Of a stretch of DNA of 64,000 nucleotides, positions 1-8,447 are shown in pieces; position 1 is the stretch's first letter; each line of letters opens with the position of its first letter. Source of the stretch: Candidatus Omnitrophota bacterium (GTDB lineage Bacteria > Omnitrophota > Gorgyraeia > Duberdicusellales > 4484-171); contig JBAWWL010000003.1 in the NCBI GenBank assembly GCA_037146775.1, positions 133,956 through 197,955 of the forward strand, in the 5' to 3' direction. Below the pieces are notes generated by a model that was not told the DNA's origin, did not search any database, and was given only the letters and a program-made list of their open reading frames with translations. Position numbers and translations under genes: made by a program.

Positions 1-2
1 TT

Positions 3-377
3 TTAAAGCCAGGAGCGCCAAAGCTTATCCGCGCGCAGGGTTCGTATATTGAAGATGAAGATATTGATAGCCTGACAAAATTTATACGTAATCAGGGCGG
101 CCCCATATATGAAACTGGTATCGTGGAAGGGGAAAAAAGGGCGGCGATGAACGTGCAGAGTGACGAATTACTTGACGATGCGGTAAAAACAATATTGCAG
201 GCGCGCCAGGCGTCGGCATCAATTTTACAGCGGCGTTTGCGCGTTGGTTATACCCGCGCTGCAAGGTTGCTCGATCTTATGGAACAACAGGGGATAGTCG
301 GCCCGTTCTGCGGTAGTAAAGCGAGAGAAATCCTGGTTGATCCCGAAGAATTTTTCAAGGAGAAAGAAAAAGTATGA
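3..377 (+). CDS. ftsK: DNA translocase FtsK/SpoIIIE, C-terminal end (3' partial; gamma winged-helix domain)
   Basis: An open frame runs in from the window edge. Its C-terminus 'DELLDDAVKTILQARQASASILQRRLRVGYTRAARLLDLMEQQGIVGP' matches the FtsK gamma (KOPS-binding) domain consensus. Confidence 0.8.
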   Translation, partial: LKPGAPKLIRAQGSYIEDEDIDSLTKFIRNQGGPIYETGIVEGEKRAAMNVQSDELLDDAVKTILQARQASASILQRRLRVGYTRAARLLDLMEQQGIVGPFCGSKAREILVDPEEFFKEKEKV

Positions 378-1126
378 CACTCGAAGAACTGTGCGCACGG
401 TTAGCCGCAAAGCGCCAAGAGCTTGGCTTAAGCATTGAGGAGGTAGTTGAGAAGACAAAGTTATACCCTTCAGTGATACGTGATATCGAGGCCGGCAGTA
501 TCGATAATATAAACTCCGCGTACCGCAAAGGTTTTATCAAGATCTATGCTTCATTTTTAAATATCAATGTTGAAGATTCCCTTGAACATATTTCTGTGTT
601 TGACACGAAGATCAATAAAACATTTCAGTCTCCCAAGGTAAAACAGCCTTCTTTAGAAAAAAAGATAAAGTTATCCATCAAGATCCCGCCCCACATAAAA
701 CGGTTGATAGTGATTATTCTTGTTGCTCTGTGCATAGTGTGGTTGGGCTTAAATTTTATTCGTCTTGTCGGCAAAAAAATAAAAGAATTACCCAAACCTA
801 AACATTCAGCGGTAAAACGAGAAACAGTACGCCCAAAAATTTCCCCGCCTTCCCAATTGAACCCACGAGAACTAAGTGTTTCGTTAACTGCCAAGCGGGA
901 GTGTATGATTACCGTAAAGGTTGACGGTAAGTCTCTTTTTCACGGCCCTTTTAAAAAAGGAGACAGGGAAACCTGGACAGGATATAAAGAAATAAACTTA
1001 AAGATCAGCGACGGTTCGTCCGTGTACATAGAAGTAAACGGTAAACCTCTTCCTTCTCTGACCACCACCCATAAAGCCATCAAGAGCCTCAAAGTGACCC
1101 CTTCCGGTGTTTCCGTCGATAAATGA
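374..1126 (+). CDS. rodZ: RodZ-like cytoskeletal protein (N-terminal XRE-type HTH, single TM, C-terminal DUF4115-like domain)
   Basis: It has an N-terminal HTH ('LGLSIEEVVEKTKLYPSVIRDIEAG'), a central hydrophobic TM helix, and a C-terminal beta-rich domain. Its start overlaps the ftsK stop (ATGA). Confidence 0.55.
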   Translation: MTLEELCARLAAKRQELGLSIEEVVEKTKLYPSVIRDIEAGSIDNINSAYRKGFIKIYASFLNINVEDSLEHISVFDTKINKTFQSPKVKQPSLEKKIKLSIKIPPHIKRLIVIILVALCIVWLGLNFIRLVGKKIKELPKPKHSAVKRETVRPKISPPSQLNPRELSVSLTAKRECMITVKVDGKSLFHGPFKKGDRETWTGYKEINLKISDGSSVYIEVNGKPLPSLTTTHKAIKSLKVTPSGVSVDK

Positions 1127-2379
1127 AGACGCTCGCAATAGTTTCTTTGGGTTGTTTTCGCAATACCTACGATTCGCAGGTAGTGCTGAAACGTTTTCTC
1201 GATCAAGGCTATAGCTTGCTTTCTCAGATATCCCTTGTTGATCCGGCTGCGCGCTGTGACACACTTCTCATTAATACCTGTGGTTTTATCGATAAAGCAA
1301 AGCAGGAAACGATACAATGCATTCGTGATGCCGTCGCGCTTAAGAAGAAAGGGAATATTAAAAAACTTATTGTGTTTGGCTGTCTTGTACAGCGTTACCG
1401 TAAAGATTTACAGCGTTCTTTTCCTCAGGTGGACCAGTGGCAAGGAGTAGAGCGTTTTGACTTGGCATCGTGCCATGAGAATACTCTATTACCCAGACAT
1501 ATCGGGTTTTTAAAAATTTGCGATGGTTGTATAAACAGATGCAGTTACTGCGCTATCCCGTTGATCAAGGGAGGGCTTATCAGTAAGCCCGCTCAGGAAA
1601 TCATCAAAGAAGCGCAATACTTAGATAAAAACGGAGTAAAAGAGCTCCATATTATCGGCCAGGATACCACTAGTTGGGGTGCTGATTTAGCAGGCCGTCC
1701 GGATCTTGCCCGGCTACTGAAAAGTATTATAAAAGCCACAAAGCATATCAGGTGGATACGCCTTCTTTATACGCATCCCCGGCATTTCACTAATTCCTTG
1801 CTTGACGTGATCGCCCAAGAGGAACGTATCTGTAAATATATTGATTTGCCTATTCAGCATATCAATGATAGAATTCTAAAGTTGATGGCGAGAGGAGTGA
1901 CTAAACAAGAGATAGTTAGTCTGATCGCTAAAATTCGTAAAAATGTGCGCAATTGCAGCTTGCGTACTTCGGTGATTGCCGGTTTTCCTACGGAATCAAA
2001 AATAGAATTTAAAGAGTTGCTTTCGTTTATCAAGGAAACAGAATTCGAAAAATTGGGAGCTTTTGTGTATTCCCGAGAAGAGGGGACCCTTGCGTATAAT
2101 TTTAAGCCGCAGGTACATTCTAAAACCAAAGAGAGCCGTTATCGGGAAATAATGCGTGTACAACAAGAGATATCGGCCAGATTAGGGCGGCGATATATCG
2201 GTAAGAGCCTGCCAATACTCGTAGATGGAAAAGAAGATGGTGTGTATATCGCCAGGACCCAGTATGATGCTTATGAGGTTGATGGCGTGGTGTATCTTGG
2301 CCGAAAAAATATCAAGGTAGGCGAATTTTATACGGCCTGCATAACGGATGCATACGAATACGATTTAGTAGGGGTGTAA
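1123..2379 (+). CDS. rimO: Ribosomal protein S12 methylthiotransferase RimO (MiaB-family radical SAM with TRAM domain)
   Basis: It has an MTTase N-domain ('IVSLGCFRNTYDSQ'), a radical SAM CxxxCxxC motif ('CINRCSYCAIP'), and a C-terminal TRAM-like domain. Its length is 418 aa. Confidence 0.85.
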   Translation: MKTLAIVSLGCFRNTYDSQVVLKRFLDQGYSLLSQISLVDPAARCDTLLINTCGFIDKAKQETIQCIRDAVALKKKGNIKKLIVFGCLVQRYRKDLQRSFPQVDQWQGVERFDLASCHENTLLPRHIGFLKICDGCINRCSYCAIPLIKGGLISKPAQEIIKEAQYLDKNGVKELHIIGQDTTSWGADLAGRPDLARLLKSIIKATKHIRWIRLLYTHPRHFTNSLLDVIAQEERICKYIDLPIQHINDRILKLMARGVTKQEIVSLIAKIRKNVRNCSLRTSVIAGFPTESKIEFKELLSFIKETEFEKLGAFVYSREEGTLAYNFKPQVHSKTKESRYREIMRVQQEISARLGRRYIGKSLPILVDGKEDGVYIARTQYDAYEVDGVVYLGRKNIKVGEFYTACITDAYEYDLVGV

Positions 2380-2380
2380 C

Positions 2381-2950
2381 ATGAATATTGCCAACCAACT
2401 GACATTTTTGCGCATTATTTTGGCTTTTCTATGTATAGGTTTTATTTTGGGTAACACCTTTTCCTCCATTCTCTTTGCTTTCGGTATTTTTATCGTTGCT
2501 TCGTTGACCGACTTTTTTGACGGTCTCCTGGCCAGGAAAAAAAATACGATTACGGATTTAGGAAAAATTCTCGATCCTATCGCGGATAAGATTCTTATTA
2601 TCGGAGTATTCCTGGCATTCTTGCAGCTGGACATTGTAGTGAACGCCTGGATGGTGAGCGTGATCATGCTTCGTGAATTCATTATCACCGGCATGCGCCT
2701 GTCCAATTTAAATAAGGGAGAGGTGTTGGAAGCAAAGCGTTGGGGTAAGCACAAGACGGTGTCCCAAATAGCGGCTATCATACTTATTTTTCTCTCATTA
2801 CTCTTGTCTATGAAATTTCCCCGCAACGAGTTTATTGCTTTCCTGTATACCAAGGTTACCTATGTAATTATGTGGTATGTGGTTGCGGTGACCTTGTTTT
2901 CCGGAGTGTATTATTTCTGGGTTAACCGGCGTTCGATAAAGACGTTTTAA
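2381..2950 (+). CDS. pgsA: CDP-diacylglycerol--glycerol-3-phosphate 3-phosphatidyltransferase (CDP-alcohol phosphatidyltransferase family)
   Basis: It carries the CDP-OH phosphatidyltransferase motif 'DFFDGLLARKKN...LDPIADK' and has multiple TM helices. Confidence 0.8.
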   Translation: MNIANQLTFLRIILAFLCIGFILGNTFSSILFAFGIFIVASLTDFFDGLLARKKNTITDLGKILDPIADKILIIGVFLAFLQLDIVVNAWMVSVIMLREFIITGMRLSNLNKGEVLEAKRWGKHKTVSQIAAIILIFLSLLLSMKFPRNEFIAFLYTKVTYVIMWYVVAVTLFSGVYYFWVNRRSIKTF

Positions 2951-2965
2951 AAAGCTTAGAGCAAG

Positions 2966-3445
2966 TTGTCGCGGGGGTATAGGAATATGGCAAAATTATC
3001 CGTTAACGATAAGATTTGTGTAATTATCACCAGCCTTTTTGGCGTTGGTTTTGCGCCGCTTTTCGGCGGCACGCTTGCTTCGGTTGTTGCGGTAGCCGTG
3101 TTTCTCCTGGTAAAAAGTCAGTTCTATTTTTCTCTGATTACTGTTTTTTCGATTATTCTTGCTTTTGCGTTATCCGGACACGCCGAAAAAATTTGGGACG
3201 AAAAAGATTCCAAGAAAATCGTTATTGATGATTTCTGCGGAATGCTTGTTTCGTTGCTGTTTATCCCGTACGACATGCGGATGGTGGCGTGTGGTTTTGT
3301 CGTATTTCGTTTGTTTGATGCTTTCAAGGTTCCGCCTATCGATAGAATCGAAAACCTCAAAGGCGCAGCCGGCGTAGTGGGCGACGATATAGCGGCCGGC
3401 CTGTATACCCTCGTTATTCTTCATATAACCAAACTTTTTATTTAA
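2966..3445 (+). CDS. pgpA: Phosphatidylglycerophosphatase A
   Basis: It has PgpA-family motifs ('DDFCGMLVSLLF', 'FRLFDAFKVPPI', 'GVVGDDIAAGLY'). It is adjacent to pgsA, as is common. Confidence 0.75.
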   Translation: MSRGYRNMAKLSVNDKICVIITSLFGVGFAPLFGGTLASVVAVAVFLLVKSQFYFSLITVFSIILAFALSGHAEKIWDEKDSKKIVIDDFCGMLVSLLFIPYDMRMVACGFVVFRLFDAFKVPPIDRIENLKGAAGVVGDDIAAGLYTLVILHITKLFI

Positions 3446-3448
3446 TGA

Positions 3449-3498
3449 GCACATTATTTTTTCTGCGTGTTTCCGCACTTAGAAAAAAATAATAGTGC
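3449..3498. repeat. About 48-nt AT-rich palindromic element (copy 1), immediately after the pgpA stop; terminator-like
   Basis: 'cacattattttttctgcgtgtttccgcacttagaaaaaaataatagtgc'. The arms are an inverted repeat (gcac-tattattttt / aaaaataat-gtgc). A near-identical element occurs at 37757-37806. Confidence 0.5.
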
Positions 3499-3585
3499 GA
3501 ATTATCCCGCCGTAGTCGCTAATAATTCCCTACGGTAATTCTTAGCGTATCTGGCGAAGGCGGGATAACGTCAAATCCACCGACT

Positions 3586-3704
3586 TATAGTCGGTGGTGG
3601 GGCTCAAGGGGGCGAAGTTCCCATACCCTATGTTGTCCACCAACAAAGTTGGTGGCAGGTATTCAAAGATATTTGGGAGAAACCACCGAAGAATTCGGTG
3701 GTAA
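3586..3704. other. Three consecutive hairpins with near-identical 8-bp stems CCACCRAM / KTYGGTGG (unexplained structured region between convergent genes)
   Basis: The hairpins are 'ccaccgacttatagtcggtgg', 'ccaccaacaaagttggtgg' and 'ccaccgaagaattcggtgg'. Upstream at about 3512-3572 is a nested pseudoknot-like set of inverted repeats (cccgcc/ggcggg, ccgtag/ctacgg, cgctaa/ttagcg). No ORF lies here on either strand. Confidence 0.4.
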
Positions 3705-3733
3705 TTCATGCGACTCGCTAGATACCCCCAACC

Positions 3734-4285
3734 TTATCCTTTTTTCATGGCTGCGGAGAATATTCTTTCATATACCGGGCCGGTAGGCTTGAGGGTGCTT
3801 TTAAAAAGAACAATTTCCTTAACAGGCATTTTTTCCTGAACGGAAACTTTTTTTAGTTCATTTTTTAAGGCTTCGATATTTTTTGTGCTTTTTAACCGGG
3901 CCAAGGTAATGTGCGAAGTGAATCTATTTTCTTTGGCAAATCCCAACTTCTCAAGCGCATCTTCCAGTTTCATTGCTATATGTTTTAATTCTTCTTCTCT
4001 GTTTGTTGCCACAAAGAATACGCGGGGGTGTTTTTCGTTGGGGAAGAATCCAAAGTTATTTAAAGTTGCTTCCAGGCAGCTAGACCAGTCGGCAGCCTCT
4101 TTAATAACTTTTTGAATCTCCGCTATCTTTTCTTCAGTTACTTCCCCTAGGAACTTGAGGCTGAGATGAAGATTTTTATCTTGAACCCATTTTGCATCCA
4201 AGTCGTATTTCGTAAACCCCTTTATCAATAAAGCGAGTTTTTGTTTGATTTCGTCAGGCAGGTCTATGGCGATGAATAAACGCAT
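3734..4285 (-). CDS. thpR: RNA 2',3'-cyclic phosphodiesterase (2H phosphoesterase, LigT/ThpR)
   Basis: It has two HxT/Sx motifs ('HLSLKFLGEV', 'HITLARL') and is 183 aa long. Confidence 0.8.
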   Translation of the reverse strand: MRLFIAIDLPDEIKQKLALLIKGFTKYDLDAKWVQDKNLHLSLKFLGEVTEEKIAEIQKVIKEAADWSSCLEATLNNFGFFPNEKHPRVFFVATNREEELKHIAMKLEDALEKLGFAKENRFTSHITLARLKSTKNIEALKNELKKVSVQEKMPVKEIVLFKSTLKPTGPVYERIFSAAMKKG

Positions 4286-4444
4286 AATGAGAATTAAATA
4301 ATTAACGAATTAACTTATTTATAGCACTTATAAATAGTTTACGGTTATCGGCTACGTCACCCGCTTCGTCTGAACGGTTACGTTATTGGTCTTTATATAT
4401 AAGCCGTTACCGTTAAACGTAACCGATACGAGCATCGTAACCGG

Positions 4445-4924
4445 TTAACGTACAACGCATATATTTAATTTTTTGTATAATAAATCTATTGCCAGTAGGC
4501 TTGCTTTTTTCCTGACCGTATCCCTACTTCCTTTGATAACTATTTTTTTTATTTTAACGGTGCCGGCGTATGCTATCGCGATATATACTGTTCCGGCTTT
4601 TACGCCTTTTATAGTTTGCGGACCGGCAAAGCCAACTATTGATACGCCGATATCCGAATCAAAAATGGTACGTATACCCAGAGCAAGTGTTTTTGCTACA
4701 TTGCCCGAAACTCCTTGTGTTTTTTCCAGCAGAGGATAGGGAATCTTGAAAAATTTCTCCTTCGCTTTCAAAGAATACACGATAATCCCCCCCCTAAATA
4801 CCTTAGAACTGCCGGGTATTTTCGTTACAAGATACGAAAGATACCCCGCACTGCAAGATTCTGCGGCAGCAAGGGTCAGTCCTTTATTTTTAAGGGTAAC
4901 TATAAGGTTTTGGGGTGAATGCAT
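4445..4924 (-). CDS. CinA C-terminal domain protein (nicotinamide-nucleotide amidohydrolase PncC-like)
   Basis: It has the motif 'LTLAAAESCSAGYLSYLVT' and 'GGIIVYS...VSGNVAKTLA'. It is 159 aa long, i.e. a stand-alone CinA_C domain. Confidence 0.75.
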   Translation of the reverse strand: MHSPQNLIVTLKNKGLTLAAAESCSAGYLSYLVTKIPGSSKVFRGGIIVYSLKAKEKFFKIPYPLLEKTQGVSGNVAKTLALGIRTIFDSDIGVSIVGFAGPQTIKGVKAGTVYIAIAYAGTVKIKKIVIKGSRDTVRKKASLLAIDLLYKKLNICVVR

Positions 4925-4983
4925 AACAGTATTATTCTACCAAAAATTGCCGTTTAATAAACAGTAAATCTCGTGTTATCTTT

Positions 4984-4999
4984 AATGATAACGATTATT
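4984..4999 (+). promoter_or_regulatory. Fur-box-like operator upstream of the fur-family gene; candidate -35 TTGACA about 5015 and -10 TACAGT about 5037
   Basis: 'AATGATAACGATTATT' compared with Fur-box consensus GATAATGATAATCATTATC. It sits just upstream of a sigma70-like -35/-10 pair in front of the Fur-family gene. Confidence 0.5.
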
Positions 5000-5051
5000 G
5001 TTTAATAATAATTATTGACAAAATATAAAAGCATGTTACAGTAACCTAATT

Positions 5052-5459
5052 ATGGAAGACTGTATAAAAATTTTAAAACAAAAGGGCGTTAAGGTAACCA
5101 GCCAGCGTACGGAAGTTTTTCGCGTGTTACGCAGCGTGCAGGAGCATTTGAGCGTTGAAGAGGTGTTCGATAAGGTACGTAAGAAATTCCCGGTAATTTC
5201 CCTGGCCACGGTATATTCTATTTTAGAAGCGCTCAAAAACAATAGTTTAATTGAGGAATTACGGATTATTCCCGAGAAGGCTTGTTTTAATGTGCGTACC
5301 GACCTACACCATCATTTTTACTGTAAAAAATGTAAAAAGATCAGTGACGTAGATATACCTTTTTGTGCTACCTTAGACAAGAAAGAAGTAGCCGGAAATC
5401 TTATAGAGGAATGCAAAGGTTATTTTTATGGCATATGTAAAGCGTGCAGAAAAAAATAG
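5052..5459 (+). CDS. Fur-family transcriptional regulator (PerR/Fur-like)
   Basis: It has an N-terminal winged helix ('TSQRTEVFRVLRS...HLSVEEVFDKV') and a C-terminal CxxC...CxxC zinc site ('HHHFYCKKCKK...CKAC'). Confidence 0.85.
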   Translation: MEDCIKILKQKGVKVTSQRTEVFRVLRSVQEHLSVEEVFDKVRKKFPVISLATVYSILEALKNNSLIEELRIIPEKACFNVRTDLHHHFYCKKCKKISDVDIPFCATLDKKEVAGNLIEECKGYFYGICKACRKK

Positions 5460-5460
5460 T

Positions 5461-6402
5461 ATGTTGAAACCAAAAATTTCCATTATAGGTGCGGGTAATG
5501 TGGGTATTCGTTACGCGTATAGTCTCATGATGTCGGGATTTGCCCGTTCCATTGTTATTGTCGACGTTGATGCCAAACGCGCACAAGGGGAGGTTTTGGA
5601 TTTAGCCAGCGGCCTGCCGTATGTTTCTCCGGTAGAGATATTGGCAGGCGATTATACAGACATAGTGTATTCGGACGTTGTGGTGATCACCGCCGGGAAG
5701 AAACAGAAACCCGGTCAAACTCGGTTAGAGTTGGTTAAAGATAATGTAGAAATTTTTAGAAGTATTATTCCTCAGATTATCCGTTACGCTAAAGAAGCGA
5801 TTTTAGTAATTGCGACGAATCCGGTGGATATTCTTTCTTATGCCACATACAGAATTTCCGGCAAACCCTGGCAGGAAATCATAGGTTCAGGGACGGTTTT
5901 AGATACAGCGCGCCTGCGCCTGCTGTTATCAAAACACTGTGATATTGACAGTCGCAATATTCACGCCTATATTTTAGGCGAACACGGTGATAGCGAACTT
6001 CCGGTATGGAGCAGTGCCATGCTTGGCGGCACATTCTTGAAAGACTATTGCCCGCTTTGCAATAAGTGTAACCCCCATGACACGCTTAACGCTATTTTCG
6101 AAGAGGTAAAAACTTTTGCTTATCGAGTGATAGAGCGCAAGGGAGAAACTTCGTACGGTATAGGGTTGGCCTTGACGAGAATCACCGAGGCAATCGTGAA
6201 AGATGAGAATTCGGTATTGCCTGTTTCCTGCCTTGCTCAAGATTATTATAAGATACACGAAGTATATATGGGATTACCAGCCGTGGTGTGCCGCAAGGGA
6301 GTAAGAGAAATATTGAAACTACAATTAAACAGCGAAGAGACAAAACAGCTAGAGTTTTCGGCACAAACCTTAAAATCGGTCATAAAGGAAGTGGGGCTAT
6401 GA
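5461..6402 (+). CDS. ldh: L-lactate dehydrogenase (LDH/MDH family; Gln at the substrate-specificity position suggests LDH)
   Basis: It has the Rossmann motif 'ISIIGAGNVG', 'ITAGKKQKPGQTRLELV', 'IATNPVD' and 'GEHGDSE'. An alternative in-frame ATG at 5428 would add 11 aa. Confidence 0.75.
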   Translation: MLKPKISIIGAGNVGIRYAYSLMMSGFARSIVIVDVDAKRAQGEVLDLASGLPYVSPVEILAGDYTDIVYSDVVVITAGKKQKPGQTRLELVKDNVEIFRSIIPQIIRYAKEAILVIATNPVDILSYATYRISGKPWQEIIGSGTVLDTARLRLLLSKHCDIDSRNIHAYILGEHGDSELPVWSSAMLGGTFLKDYCPLCNKCNPHDTLNAIFEEVKTFAYRVIERKGETSYGIGLALTRITEAIVKDENSVLPVSCLAQDYYKIHEVYMGLPAVVCRKGVREILKLQLNSEETKQLEFSAQTLKSVIKEVGL

Positions 6403-7109
6403 AAGAAGTGCGGGCAGTTTTTATCGAGCGTATCGACCGTACCCCGACAGTAGCCAGTTTCCGTTTTCAGCCGAACGAAAAAGTAACGTTTATTCCGGGG
6501 CAGTTCTTGCAAGTTATATTCGATGGGCAAAATAAGAACAATAAAGATCTGAATAAGTATTTATCTTTTTCGGCCTCTCCGGATAAAGCCTATATAGAGG
6601 TAACAAAACGACTAAGCACAAGCATGTTTTCTCAAAAATTATCCGGCCTAAAAAACGGGGATGAGGTAATGTTAAAATTACCGTTAGGCAATTGTACCTT
6701 ACGGCCGGAATATAAAAAAGTCGCATTTTTAATCGGCGGTATCGGCATTACCCCGGTTATCTCGATAGTAGAGTATGCGTGTCAGCGACAGTTGGATATT
6801 GATATAGCCTTGTTTTATTCAAATAAGAGCTACGAAGAAATCGCTTTTAAAAAAGAACTGGATACCTGGCAAAAACAATATGATCACTTGAAAGTTTTTT
6901 ATACCTTAACTGCTTGCGAATCGCAATATGACGATTGCCGTTTCGGCTATATTGACAGTCATTTATTGCAAACTGCCCTTGCCGATATATCCAGCCGGGT
7001 ATTTTTTATCTTTGGTCCGCCAAAGATGGTAGAAGCAATGAATAAGGTTTGTATTGAGGCGGGCTGCGGAAAAGAAAATATAAAAACCGAAAGTTTTCTT
7101 GGCTATTAG
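6399..7109 (+). CDS. FAD/NAD(P)-binding oxidoreductase, ferredoxin-NADP reductase-like (electron-transfer subunit type)
   Basis: The start overlaps the ldh stop (ATGA). It has an FAD-binding barrel ('RFQPNEKVTFIPGQFLQV') and an NAD-binding motif ('FLIGGIGITPVISIV'). Confidence 0.65.
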   Translation: MKEVRAVFIERIDRTPTVASFRFQPNEKVTFIPGQFLQVIFDGQNKNNKDLNKYLSFSASPDKAYIEVTKRLSTSMFSQKLSGLKNGDEVMLKLPLGNCTLRPEYKKVAFLIGGIGITPVISIVEYACQRQLDIDIALFYSNKSYEEIAFKKELDTWQKQYDHLKVFYTLTACESQYDDCRFGYIDSHLLQTALADISSRVFFIFGPPKMVEAMNKVCIEAGCGKENIKTESFLGY

Positions 7110-7150
7110 GCGTTACAAGGTTATAATAAAGCCCTAAAAAAGGAGGGAAG

Positions 7151-7378
7151 ATGCTTAAAGAACAAGTAGAAAAAGTTTTAGACCAGCTTCGGCCGTCATT
7201 ACAAGCCGACGGTGGAGATGTAGAGTTGGTTGAAGTTACCGATGCAGGCATAGTAAAACTACGTTTGAAGGGAGCGTGTGGTTGTTGTCCAATGAGTACG
7301 TATACGCTTAAATTAGGCATTGAGCAGAAGTTGAAAGAAGAGCTTCCTGAAATTAAGAAAGTAGAACAGGTTAAATAA
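7151..7378 (+). CDS. NifU-like (Nfu C-terminal domain) Fe-S cluster protein
   Basis: It is 75 aa with '[26 protein letters not shown]', the classic Nfu CxxC motif. A good RBS 'aaggaggg' precedes it. Confidence 0.75.
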   Translation: MLKEQVEKVLDQLRPSLQADGGDVELVEVTDAGIVKLRLKGACGCCPMSTYTLKLGIEQKLKEELPEIKKVEQVK

Positions 7379-7453
7379 GGGGTAAAATAATGGGAAAGAA
7401 CTTTAACTTTTCGGTTTTGCTGCGTACTATCTTGTATCAAAGCGAGGTGTAAT

Positions 7454-7849
7454 ATGGCATCAGTAAAAGATTTATTGCAAAGTGCAGATTGGAAGAAAGA
7501 AAAGCATGTTCCGGTGATTGAGGCTTTGGACAAAGTGCAAAAAGGTACGGCAGTATCAATTACGGTCAGCGTTGGGAAGGAGATAGCGCATCCTAATACC
7601 ACCGAGCATCATATCAGCTGGGTTGCGGTGTACTTTCTTGCTAAGGCAGAGAAGTTTACCTATCAGATAGGCAGATTTGACTTTGCTGCGCATGGCGCAT
7701 CAAGTCAGGGGCCGAACACAAGCACGGTCTATACTGAGCCGAAAGTGGTTTTAACCGTAAAAACGGATAAGCCGGGTACCATTATGGCCATTTCGTATTG
7801 TAACATTCACGGTCTTTGGGAGAACGCAAAGGAAATAGAGGTTGTCTAA
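7454..7849 (+). CDS. sor: Superoxide reductase (1Fe-SOR, neelaredoxin-type)
   Basis: It has the 'EKHVPVIE' motif characteristic of SOR, His ligands ('HPNTTEHHISW'), and Cys/His ('YCNIHG'). It is 131 aa with no N-terminal desulforedoxin Cys motif. Confidence 0.8.
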   Translation: MASVKDLLQSADWKKEKHVPVIEALDKVQKGTAVSITVSVGKEIAHPNTTEHHISWVAVYFLAKAEKFTYQIGRFDFAAHGASSQGPNTSTVYTEPKVVLTVKTDKPGTIMAISYCNIHGLWENAKEIEVV

Positions 7850-7863
7850 AAAGGAGGTTACCT

Positions 7864-8352
7864 ATGGATAAAAAGTTACAGCAGGCGTATAACGAGCAAA
7901 TAAAGAATGAACTTGCTTCCGGATATCTTTATCTTTCCATGGCTGCCTATTTTGAAGCTCAAAATTTACCCGGTTTCGCCCACTGGATGAAGGTACAGGC
8001 AAAAGAAGAACAGGGCCATGCAATGAAAATGTTTGATTTTCTTAACGACCGGGGTGTGAGGGTGATCTTGAAAGAAATTCCCCAGCCGCAGGTTGATTTC
8101 TCTTCAGCCAGAGAAATTTTCGAAGAAACACTCAAGCACGAGAAAAAAGTTACGGAGTTAATCAACAAACTTTATGAATTGTCACAGAAAGTTAACGATC
8201 ATGCTTCGGCGGTATTTCTGCAGTGGTTTATTAACGAGCAAGTAGAAGAAGAATCGAATCCCACGAAAATAATTATGGATTTAGAGGTTATTGGCGAGCA
8301 AGGCCCGGCATTGATTATGCTTGATCGAGAATTAGCCAAACGCGAAGGATAA
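7864..8352 (+). CDS. ftnA: Non-heme ferritin
   Basis: It has a ferritin-like di-iron site ('ELASGYLYLSMAAYFE', 'EEQGHAMKMFDFL'). The RBS is 'aaaggagg'. The track ORF starts further upstream with weak N-terminal residues. Confidence 0.85.
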   Translation: MDKKLQQAYNEQIKNELASGYLYLSMAAYFEAQNLPGFAHWMKVQAKEEQGHAMKMFDFLNDRGVRVILKEIPQPQVDFSSAREIFEETLKHEKKVTELINKLYELSQKVNDHASAVFLQWFINEQVEEESNPTKIIMDLEVIGEQGPALIMLDRELAKREG

Positions 8353-8362
8353 GATTATTCTT

Positions 8363-8412
8363 ACATCATGGGGGTATATATTCAAAATAGGATATATACC
8401 CCCATTATGGTT
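8363..8412 (+). terminator. Perfect 14-bp inverted repeat hairpin after ferritin (terminator or operator)
   Basis: 'atgggggtatatat'-tcaaaatagg-'atatatacccccat', followed by a T-containing stretch. Confidence 0.4.
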
Positions 8413-8447
8413 TTACGATCACAGAGAATAAAAAACAATACAAGAAG

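Noticed and set aside
3586-3704. Three similar hairpins considered as a mini-CRISPR array
   Set aside because: The units are palindromic but not identical direct repeats. The spacers are too short and uneven. There are no cas genes in the window.
3499-3733. tRNA, tmRNA, SRP RNA or RNase P RNA in this structured region (and in 56320-56525)
   Set aside because: I could not find a cloverleaf with a 7-bp acceptor stem and T-loop GTTC motif, a CCA-adjacent tag-peptide reading frame, the SRP domain-IV motif, or RNase P P4 sequences. It is left as an unclassified candidate ncRNA.
5428-5460. Alternative upstream ATG start for ldh overlapping the fur-family gene end
   Set aside because: This is possible (AAGG 8 nt upstream). 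However, the 5461 ATG gives the canonical short N-terminus before GxGxxG and sits 2 nt after the regulator stop. It is kept as a noted alternative.
7006-7602. 198-aa minus-strand ORF (also 2365..2853, 44022..44591, 44610..45071, 56458..57045 and other minus-strand ORFs of 60-190 aa)
   Set aside because: Each lies entirely inside a well-supported plus-strand gene with clear family motifs (NifU/SOR, pgsA, ArsB-like, MarC). They have no RBS and low-complexity translations, so they are antisense-frame artefacts.
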